From positions 237 to 64,236 of IMG/VR virus record IMGVR_UViG_3300005336_000003: a stretch of 64,000 nt of DNA; one strand, written 5' to 3'. Every line of letters starts with the position of its first letter. The stretch's first letter is position 1. This DNA is from a virus (lineage: Duplodnaviria; Caudoviricetes). The position numbers and the translations under genes were made by a program. Shown here piece by piece: positions 7,362 to 14,925 of the stretch. The notes under the pieces were generated by a model. It ran no database searches. It was given only the letters and a program-made list of their open reading frames with translations, and was not told the origin of the DNA.

Positions 7362-10030
7362 AGCAATCCGGGCCGGCTCAGAAATATGAGAGCTGTCTCC
7401 TACCGTGTGAGAACTGCCCATATGGTGGTCCGAAGGTAGGATCAAGAGGAAACCCTAAGGCCAGGGTTGTTTTTGTAGGGGAAGCTCCTGGTACTCAGGA
7501 GATGGTGCACAAGACACCTCTGACGGGCCCATCAGGAGAGGTGTTCTGGAGAACCCTCCCGCTTGCAGTCCAGCTACTGGAGTGGGGTATCGACACCTCA
7601 GATGACATACTGATCCTGAACGCTTGCCAATGCTTACCGCCACGTTCAAAAGACGCCCAGAAGAATATGGCGGCAGTGACAAAAGGAGCGGCTGCATGCC
7701 AATCACGATTGCTTGGGCAGGTTATGGAGCACCCCCGAGACCTGATAGTGGCAATGGGGAACCACGCATTACGTTCACTGACTGGGAACTCTGGCTACAA
7801 GATCACCCAGATTCGGGGACAACTTTTGCCATCTTCGATGGCTCGTATCGGCTTGTTGCCTGTCTTACATCCTGCAGCGCTGTTACGTGGAACAGGGAAT
7901 TATCGGCAGTTCCGGGAGGACATCGCATACTGCTTCGACCTCCTGAACGGAATACCGCCGAAGAAGCCTGTGGTTCCTCGGTGGTTGGTTCTACGTAACG
8001 GATTCCAAGTAAGGCAGCTCGCTAAAGCGTTGAAATCTAAACCGTTTATCGCGTGCGATACGGAGACTGGGGGTTTCAATCAGCTGACCGATGAGGTCCT
8101 GGCGGTTGGGATTTGCGCGGACGCGGACCTTGTTTACATCATCCCTGAGCGGTTGGTGCCTCTCCTGAAGGCTCTATTTGAGGAAGCCGAGGGTAGGTTC
8201 ATCTGGCACAACGGCAAGTTTGATATGCGGTTCATGAAGCGGGAGCTTGGTGAGATAGCCCGCTGCGATGAAGATACCATGCTCCTGTCCTACGCTCTGG
8301 ATGAACAGGGAGGGATTCACGATCTGGAGCAGGTAGGGAACGACCTCATCGGAGCGCCCGACTACAAGCATATGCTCAAACCCTACCTGCCAAACAAGAA
8401 GACCTCTTACCGAGTTATTCCTAAGCCTATTCTATATCGTTACCTGGCTCTCGATACGAGCAATACCAGGCAGGTATTCGACATCCTCAGGGCGAGAGTT
8501 TCCGCTGATCCAAACCTGGAAAAGCTCTACACCAAAGTCCTGATGAAGGCATCTGAGTTCCTGTACAGAGTCGAGACCCAAGGTATTGCCGTATGCCCCA
8601 ACAGGGTGGAAAACCAATCCAAGAGGCTGCAGGGAGAGATCGATGATGCCTATGCAAGGCTGCAAGCTGTGGCTAAGCAGGCCGGATACGTAGGGGAGCT
8701 TAACCCGAATAGTCCCAGGCAGCTAGCTGTAGTCCTGTTTGACCTACTCAAGCTGAAGCCGAAGAGGCCAGGCAATCGCTCGACTGCTAAGGCAGTCCTA
8801 CTTGAGCTCCCTGCGCATCCAGTTATCAAAGGGTTGCAGGACTACCGGAAGGCCAAGAAGGCCAAGAGTACCTATGTAGACTCCCTAGTGCGCAACGTCA
8901 ACATTGATGGAAGAGTCCATGCCACATACCTCATTCACGGGACCCGCAGTGGGCGGCTTTCTTCTCGTGGACCAAACATGCAAAACGTACCGCGCGGGCC
9001 TGCTATCCGCAGTATGTACATGGCCTCAACTGCTCACGTATTCATTAAGGCAGACCTCAATCAGGCTGAATTGCGGTCACTTGCTGTACTCTCGGGAGAC
9101 GAGTACCTGCTGGGAGTGTATGCGCCAGGCAGTAAGAGAAAGCTTCACCATGAGACTGCTGAAGAGTTCTTCCCCGGCTGGACTGCGCGCGGCAGGGATA
9201 AGAATCCTGAAGGCCTAGAGCAGCTGATGAGGGCCAAGGCTGTGAACTTTGGGATTGTGTACGGGAGAACCGCCCCGTCGATTGCCGAGGAGTTCAAGAT
9301 CAGTGTAGGGGAAGCCCAGAAGTTCATCGACAAGTGGGCTAAGCGTAGTCCGAAGGCTTGGGAGTTTATCGGCAAATGCCGAGCTGCACCTTTGAAGGGC
9401 CAGAACTTGGTGACGGTATTCGGCCGCAAGAAGCGGCACTGGATAGTCACGCAAGAGAACCTGATGGGTCTGCAGAACGAGGCTTCCAACTTCCCGCATC
9501 AGTCCATCGCACACGATATCTGCCTACTAGGAGGAGCAAAGGCAGCTCCTATCCTGAGGCCGTTTGGAATCAATCCGGTTAATGAGGTACACGATGAGGT
9601 AATGTTCGAATGCCCAGATATCCCAGAGGTGATAGCCTGGGCTAAGCATGTGATCGTCACCTGTCTAGAGTCGATAGCCCCTGAGTGGGGTCTGACTAAG
9701 ATACCGTTCATAGCCGAAGCCGACGTTGGCCGTAGGTGGTCTATATACAGGAATCCAAGGGAGTTCAGGTATGAATACCAGCCCAGCAATCCAGAAGAGT
9801 GGTACATCCCCAATGAAGCCGTCCTTAGGGCTCTTGCCTCTAGGGATGCGCACGGAGATGTACTGGAAGGTCAGCTCGGGGTGGAGAAACCCGCGCCTAC
9901 CTGGAGTGCCTCTGAGTTGGGCTCTGACGACGATGAGGACGATTCAGACTGGACTTCCGACGACGGCTCGACTGTCTGGGGCTTTGCTCCAACTACAGAC
10001 CGAGATGATCTCTGGCCCGAAGCAACCTAA
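7358..10030 (+). CDS. Family A DNA polymerase with N-terminal family-4 uracil-DNA-glycosylase-like domain and 3'-5' exonuclease
   Basis: UDG: CENC, VFVGEAPG, CLPP, HPAA. Exonuclease: DTET, HNGKFD, YLALD. Polymerase motifs: DLNQAELR, RAKAVNFGIVYG, VHDE. Acidic C-terminal tail. Confidence 0.95.
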   Translation: MKQSGPAQKYESCLLPCENCPYGGPKVGSRGNPKARVVFVGEAPGTQEMVHKTPLTGPSGEVFWRTLPLAVQLLEWGIDTSDDILILNACQCLPPRSKDAQKNMAAVTKGAAACQSRLLGQVMEHPRDLIVAMGNHALRSLTGNSGYKITQIRGQLLPSSMARIGLLPVLHPAALLRGTGNYRQFREDIAYCFDLLNGIPPKKPVVPRWLVLRNGFQVRQLAKALKSKPFIACDTETGGFNQLTDEVLAVGICADADLVYIIPERLVPLLKALFEEAEGRFIWHNGKFDMRFMKRELGEIARCDEDTMLLSYALDEQGGIHDLEQVGNDLIGAPDYKHMLKPYLPNKKTSYRVIPKPILYRYLALDTSNTRQVFDILRARVSADPNLEKLYTKVLMKASEFLYRVETQGIAVCPNRVENQSKRLQGEIDDAYARLQAVAKQAGYVGELNPNSPRQLAVVLFDLLKLKPKRPGNRSTAKAVLLELPAHPVIKGLQDYRKAKKAKSTYVDSLVRNVNIDGRVHATYLIHGTRSGRLSSRGPNMQNVPRGPAIRSMYMASTAHVFIKADLNQAELRSLAVLSGDEYLLGVYAPGSKRKLHHETAEEFFPGWTARGRDKNPEGLEQLMRAKAVNFGIVYGRTAPSIAEEFKISVGEAQKFIDKWAKRSPKAWEFIGKCRAAPLKGQNLVTVFGRKKRHWIVTQENLMGLQNEASNFPHQSIAHDICLLGGAKAAPILRPFGINPVNEVHDEVMFECPDIPEVIAWAKHVIVTCLESIAPEWGLTKIPFIAEADVGRRWSIYRNPREFRYEYQPSNPEEWYIPNEAVLRALASRDAHGDVLEGQLGVEKPAPTWSASELGSDDDEDDSDWTSDDGSTVWGFAPTTDRDDLWPEAT

Positions 10031-10047
10031 TCTGAAAGGAATCTACG

Positions 10048-10338
10048 ATGTCAAGTGACTCTTCACTGGCAAGCCTGAAGAACATCATGCCTGTCAAGGA
10101 TCTGCCCGAGCGTAGCTGCGGCAGGTGCATATACGCCCAGGCAGTAGCCCAGATTGGCGGCCAGGTTGACTTCTCCGTCAGGGAGTGTCACGGTGACGTT
10201 CCGAAGGTCCAGTACTTCCTCATCCCGCCGAAGAAGCAAGGAGAGACGCCAGGAATCATGGAGCATTCTGGCTGGCCGAAGGTGGAATCCAAAGCTCCTG
10301 CATGTCGACACTTCAGCACCCGAAAGGACTCCGAATAA
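10048..10338 (+). CDS. Cys-rich (probable Zn-binding) hypothetical protein
   Basis: CGRC...C.G..P...WP.V....C.HF; AAGGA RBS. Confidence 0.55.
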   Translation: MSSDSSLASLKNIMPVKDLPERSCGRCIYAQAVAQIGGQVDFSVRECHGDVPKVQYFLIPPKKQGETPGIMEHSGWPKVESKAPACRHFSTRKDSE

Positions 10339-10805
10339 TGGCTCGGTATACCTCCTCCTCAATGACCGCCCTCGAGGCTCGTGAGTATCTGGCGTCCTAT
10401 ACTTTCACCCACCACATATCCGCTGCTGCTATCCGGATTGACGAGTTCTGCCGCATGAGCCATGGGCTATCAGCGGCTCCCGGCTGGTGGTCCGATCTGG
10501 ACCACTTCAAGGCCACAGGAGAGATCGTCCCTTCGAACCGCAACTGCGGTGAGCTGATCGCTCTGATCCACAGCGAGATCAGCGAGGCGCTGGAAGGCAA
10601 TCGTACTGAGGCTCCCAGTACCAAAATCCCAGGCTTCACCAACGAGGAGGAGGAGCTGGCCGACGCTCTGCATCGGATCTTCGATTATGCCGGCGCCAAG
10701 GGACTGCGTCTGGGCGAGGCCTATGAGGCAAAGGCCCGCTACAACATGACCCGGGAGGATCACAAGCTGGAGAACCGGGCAGCAAAGGGAGGGAAGCAGA
10801 TATGA
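10338..10805 (+). CDS. MazG-like all-alpha NTP pyrophosphohydrolase
   Basis: LIHSEISEALEG..EEEELADALHRIFDY..KARYN; TAATG coupling to the upstream gene. Confidence 0.8.
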   Translation: MARYTSSSMTALEAREYLASYTFTHHISAAAIRIDEFCRMSHGLSAAPGWWSDLDHFKATGEIVPSNRNCGELIALIHSEISEALEGNRTEAPSTKIPGFTNEEEELADALHRIFDYAGAKGLRLGEAYEAKARYNMTREDHKLENRAAKGGKQI

Positions 10806-11182
10806 ACGAGCCGTTCTCGGCTGTCTCCATGTCCATGCATACCCCAGCGAACTACGGCTCGAAGGAGAACCCTGGGAAGTTCTGCTGCGAAGAGTCTGCC
10901 CTGCCTGGAGAGCCGAAGTTCTGCTTGTTGGGGCGAGACCCTAAGGCTCCGGAGAAGGTCAAGCTGTGGGCGTATGAACGTCTTGAAGAGGTCTCTCGGG
11001 GGACTCGGCCTCTGCTTGATCTCGAACAGGTTGTCGAGGCTCTGAAGATTGCAGATGCCATGGCTATCTGGCTCACCCTCAACCGCAATCCCGGGGCGGT
11101 TCCTACCTGGCGTCTCCAGAAGACTGCTCGCGCGCAAGCTGCGGTAGAGGCTGAGCCTCTGCAGGTGATCGAGGAGAGGTGA
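10802..11182 (+). CDS. Conserved phage hypothetical protein
   Basis: EP.F.LLGRD..AP..V..WA..EA..IA.AM..W pattern; ATGA overlap. Confidence 0.6.
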   Translation: MNEPFSAVSMSMHTPANYGSKENPGKFCCEESALPGEPKFCLLGRDPKAPEKVKLWAYERLEEVSRGTRPLLDLEQVVEALKIADAMAIWLTLNRNPGAVPTWRLQKTARAQAAVEAEPLQVIEER

Positions 11183-11191
11183 GCTCCGGGT

Positions 11192-11217
11192 AAAAAGGCG
11201 GGGCCCGAAGGCCCCGC
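11192..11217 (-). terminator. Rho-independent terminator ending the late operon at the convergence point
   Basis: GCGGGGCC-CGAA-GGCCCCGC hairpin with AAAAA on its 5' side, which is a U-tract on the minus strand. Confidence 0.85.
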
Positions 11218-11272
11218 AAGTTCACGCCTAAGCGTGGTTGGCCGGAGGATTCTCAGGTCCCGGCCAACCTCC

Positions 11273-11974
11273 TTACTTCGATGGGGCTGGGGCTGGCGCT
11301 GACGCGGGAGCCACAGCTGAAGGGGTCGCCCCGATAGCATCGCAGGCAGCCACCACCGAAGGATGGACGATCAGCTCATCCAGGGAGACTCCCGCAGCCG
11401 CTTGCGGCAGAAGTACCGGAACGACCTGCTTCAGCAAGGGCTGCTGGATCTTGTCCCAGGTGCAGGTTGCCATGATGACCTTCTGCTGCTGGGGTGTCAG
11501 ATCGCTGCAGGCCGAGATCGACAGGACGAGGCTGCATACCAGCAGCATCCCCAGAGTCTTGACTGTGGCTGATACCGGCGCTGGTGAGGGGGCCAGCGTT
11601 ACGGCCGTATCTGCAACCAGCTTGTCGCTGTAGGCGGCCAGCAGCTTCTGGTGGACGGCATCCTGGGTTAGGCCCAGCGAGGCAATCAACCCTGGAGCCT
11701 CGTCGATGATCTCGGTCAAGACCCGTGCGAGGAGCTCGTTCTTGACGTTCACCGACAGATACGTCAGGCCCCTCTCGGCAAGGTACGCGTACACCTTGGA
11801 GGCCTTATCATCCACCAGGGCTGTCATTTGAGCCATCTGCGCATCGGTGTACTTGATGTGCAGCAGCATTGCCAGCTTGCGGAGGATGAACGGGGAGAAT
11901 ACCGTGACGATCGCGAGGAGTATCGGCCCCAGGATCGGAACCAGTAACGTCAGGTCAACTGTGTGCATTGTCAT
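11273..11974 (-). CDS. Holin-like membrane protein with internal lipobox (lysis gene)
   Basis: N-terminal TM helix; Met-Thr-Met double start after AAGGAAGGA; internal MLLVCSLVLSISAC; follows the endolysin. Confidence 0.6.
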   Translation of the reverse strand: MTMHTVDLTLLVPILGPILLAIVTVFSPFILRKLAMLLHIKYTDAQMAQMTALVDDKASKVYAYLAERGLTYLSVNVKNELLARVLTEIIDEAPGLIASLGLTQDAVHQKLLAAYSDKLVADTAVTLAPSPAPVSATVKTLGMLLVCSLVLSISACSDLTPQQQKVIMATCTWDKIQQPLLKQVVPVLLPQAAAGVSLDELIVHPSVVAACDAIGATPSAVAPASAPAPAPSK

Positions 11975-12506
11975 ATCCTTCCTTTGATGGCCATAGACGG
12001 CCAGCAGTGAGAGCGTTCTTGGCAACTCGGTATGACCAGCCCTCACCGTCATTGGGCCATAGCGAGGATCGTGAGTAGACAACCAGTCGCATGGCGAGCA
12101 TCCTGGCTGTAAGCTCCCAAGGCTCCTGAGCTAGAAGAGCCTTCATGGAGACATCGCCTATCCGGCCATCCACCTTCAGATTGCTTCCGAACTTGTTCAG
12201 AGCCATCTGCAGGAGCTTCGGGCCGAGTCCGGGCCCTTGATTGACGTTGGTGTCGAATACCATCAGGCACAGAGGCCAGGGCATCTCACCACAACGGTCC
12301 GCATCCCAGTACTGGTGGCGGTAGATCAGGACGGCTCCATCCTGAGTCAGTGAGGCTACATCCACCTCAGGGTGCTGAGTCTGTGAGATGCCGAACTTGG
12401 TCAGGCCTCCGCTGGGATCATTCACAGGATCGTCGGACATCCGGCCCTCATCCAGCAGGATGATCTTGACTGCCATGTTGAATATGTCGTCTTTAGTCAG
12501 AGGCAT
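11955..12506 (-). CDS. Endolysin, glycoside hydrolase family 108 with peptidoglycan-binding domain
   Basis: EG..SDDP.ND..GG.TKFGIS, FD..VNQG, LQ.AL, VDG.IG and GW..RV motifs. Confidence 0.92.
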   Translation of the reverse strand: MPLTKDDIFNMAVKIILLDEGRMSDDPVNDPSGGLTKFGISQTQHPEVDVASLTQDGAVLIYRHQYWDADRCGEMPWPLCLMVFDTNVNQGPGLGPKLLQMALNKFGSNLKVDGRIGDVSMKALLAQEPWELTARMLAMRLVVYSRSSLWPNDGEGWSYRVAKNALTAGRLWPSKEGYDNAHS

Positions 12507-12524
12507 GTTACGGCTCCTTTGCGT

Positions 12525-13001
12525 TCAGGCTTCCGGCTCGCCACCCGTATCCTCTCCCGCAGTTCTGGTACGCCTTAGGCGGGGAGGGCTAGATCTCTGC
12601 CTCATCGGAGAGTATACCGAGGTGATGGAATCTACAACCCGATCAATCTCGTCGATCACCCTATCAATCTCTCGGTGCACATCGTTCTTACTGGCCATCA
12701 TGGTTAGGATGTTGGATCTATAGTGCTCCGCCTCAGTATGGTGGGACTCGATAACAGTGCGTAGCTCTCCGTAAGCCGTACGGCTCTCAGCTCGGATGGC
12801 CGAGATCTCAGCCCAGAGTTTGGCATCCCCTTTTGATGCAACCTCCCTAGCAGTAGCCTCGACTGCCTCGACTCGGGCGAACAGGTGCTTCAGGAGATGT
12901 CCCAGCCCTCCTAATACTGCAAGGATCAGAGCAACAGCAATACCTATGAGCCATCTGACCCAGTCGGAAGCACCCTCCAGAAACGGGGTTGGATCTGACA
13001 C
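12525..13001 (-). CDS. Membrane-anchored coiled-coil lysis-region protein (holin-like)
   Basis: One N-terminal TM helix followed by a helical region; directly upstream of the endolysin; GGAGGA RBS with GTG start. Confidence 0.55.
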   Translation of the reverse strand: MSDPTPFLEGASDWVRWLIGIAVALILAVLGGLGHLLKHLFARVEAVEATAREVASKGDAKLWAEISAIRAESRTAYGELRTVIESHHTEAEHYRSNILTMMASKNDVHREIDRVIDEIDRVVDSITSVYSPMRQRSSPPRLRRTRTAGEDTGGEPEA

Positions 13002-13015
13002 TTGAAGTCCTCCGG

Positions 13016-13426
13016 CTATACGTACACTTGAAGGTAAGGTCTACTCTGCGAGAATGCATGGGCTAGATGCCTTGCATTCAGCCAAGGCGTAGTGTCCTCA
13101 GGAGGCTCGGCCAGCATCCGTCTTAAAGGAGGCGGAGGACCGCTATAGCCTGTTGATGGAGGTACGTACCTTCGAGCCTTATAGGCTCTCCAGGGCGTAT
13201 CATCCTCCGGCTCACCATCTGATAGCCTTATCTGGTGGGGCTCTACCCCCTTGTATCTGGGTATCTGGGAGGAGGTGATCACCTCCATGATAGCCTGAGC
13301 CGCCCGTGCAGGAGGCGAAGGGTTGGCAGCAACAGTCTCCATCAACCCCTGTGCTGCACGAGCATCAGGCGAAGGGTTGGAGGCTATGCTCTCCTGTATT
13401 GCTTGGGCTGCACGGACGTCGGTCAT
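13016..13426 (-). CDS. Repeat protein (3x RAAQxxxE and 2x PEDxTPW)
   Basis: Three ~18-aa repeats are visible in the translation. Confidence 0.65.
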   Translation of the reverse strand: MTDVRAAQAIQESIASNPSPDARAAQGLMETVAANPSPPARAAQAIMEVITSSQIPRYKGVEPHQIRLSDGEPEDDTPWRAYKARRYVPPSTGYSGPPPPLRRMLAEPPEDTTPWLNARHLAHAFSQSRPYLQVYV

Positions 13427-13427
13427 A

Positions 13428-14435
13428 CTATGCGCTCACAGCATACCCAGGTTTGGCCGCGTTGACGTTAGCCACAGTCCATTGGGCTGAGGTGTTTGGG
13501 TCCGTCTGGTACATAGTCCGAAGCTGCTGGCCTGAGGTAGATAGGGCAGTCGAAGCCCCTGCTACCTGGGTTGCTCCGGACTTGAGGATGGTCTCGCCGG
13601 AGCGAGCACCTGCATCGCTCTTGAGCAGGATGTCCTTGACACATACCCCAAAGACGGTGGTAGTGCTAGCTGAGATCGTCCCGCAATTGAAGGTGTCCTG
13701 GTCACCAACAGTGCTATCGGAGTTGAAGTCGGTTGCAGGAACAGGAGGGATCTTGGCTGCATTCTGCCAGTTGTTGGCCAGGCCGTTGGGGGTGAAGTTC
13801 ACGGCGTCGTTGGACGTTGGGATGAGCGTCTGTACACGGACATCGCCAAGGAAGGTGTTCCACGGACCCGACCCAGTATCATCGCACAGGTAGAGGTGGG
13901 CAAAGGACACCTGAGTGCCTGTATTGGTGGTCATAGATACCTGCGTGATAGTCGAGGTCGCAGAGCCTTTATTGTTGAGGCCTGTCAAGCTCCAGATCGT
14001 GACACCATTGAGGCGCAGGAAGAAGGTTCCGACGGTAGCACTGATGAAGCTACCGGCCTCCAGGTAGCAGAAGCCAGTAGTCGGGATCCCCGATCCTGCC
14101 AACGATCCGATGTTGGTAGCCGTGCCTCGTGCCAATGACACGGCGCCAGTTGAGCACACGTACTGCAGCCGCATCTGGACGCCGGAACCATCCTTGAAGT
14201 CAATCGTGATGGTGTCGGCTACCAGCCCGTTGTTGTTGAAGCGCCACCCAAAGAAGAAGGTTGCGCTGGTCGTGGGGACTGACCACAGCATCGTGCCAGA
14301 ACCTAGACCTGCGAAATTGTCCCCGAGAGGGCCGCCTGTGCTGATAGAGGCTGGCCCTGTGACGAAAGATCCGTACGCAGCGTAGTCGGCTGCAGTGGTA
14401 GACCAGCCAAACCCCTCGCTCGCAAGAAGTGACAT
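13428..14435 (-). CDS. Virion beta-sandwich protein, paralog of 20221-21273
   Basis: Shares EGF/W start, LY..D.T..GP..N.F.GD.RV.TL, N..V..TP....NWQ, DTFN.G and TDPN..A.WT...VN..K.GY with the paralog. Confidence 0.7.
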   Translation of the reverse strand: MSLLASEGFGWSTTAADYAAYGSFVTGPASISTGGPLGDNFAGLGSGTMLWSVPTTSATFFFGWRFNNNGLVADTITIDFKDGSGVQMRLQYVCSTGAVSLARGTATNIGSLAGSGIPTTGFCYLEAGSFISATVGTFFLRLNGVTIWSLTGLNNKGSATSTITQVSMTTNTGTQVSFAHLYLCDDTGSGPWNTFLGDVRVQTLIPTSNDAVNFTPNGLANNWQNAAKIPPVPATDFNSDSTVGDQDTFNCGTISASTTTVFGVCVKDILLKSDAGARSGETILKSGATQVAGASTALSTSGQQLRTMYQTDPNTSAQWTVANVNAAKPGYAVSA

Positions 14436-14446
14436 ACTGCCGACTC

Positions 14447-14914
14447 CTAGAACAGTTCGCCGAAGGCCATGTGGCCATTCGCCACCAGAGAACCTGGCGT
14501 GCTATCGAGGGATACTATGAAGGCCTGGCTGGGCTTGATGATGATGCGGTCACTCTCCGGAGGCATCCAGAGATAGCCGAACGGCAGATCCCAGGTATCA
14601 GGCAGATCGATGGCGGTACCTGAGGTGGTAGCCTGAACCGTATCATTCACTCGCGCGGTGACTGTTGCTGCCGCATCGTTCGGGAAGATAGGAGCAGGCG
14701 TTGGGGCAGTACCACCTGAGCCAACCGTAACTGTGGCAGGCAGTCTCCGCAGCCTGAGACGCAGTCCTCCAATCGCCGATTGGGTGACTTGGCCGAACTT
14801 CACGTAGTGGACCTCAAAGGCCATATTGGCTGTAGCCAGCAGGGAGAACAGATCCTGAACAGCTGCCAGGGTGACGTTGTTGAAGCCGACGGTGTAGACT
14901 CGCGACCGGGACAT
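14447..14914 (-). CDS. Putative virion protein
   Basis: Thr/Ala-rich, beta-prone ORF in the tail module; AAGGA RBS. Confidence 0.6.
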   Translation of the reverse strand: MSRSRVYTVGFNNVTLAAVQDLFSLLATANMAFEVHYVKFGQVTQSAIGGLRLRLRRLPATVTVGSGGTAPTPAPIFPNDAAATVTARVNDTVQATTSGTAIDLPDTWDLPFGYLWMPPESDRIIIKPSQAFIVSLDSTPGSLVANGHMAFGELF

Positions 14915-14925
14915 GTTACTGATCC

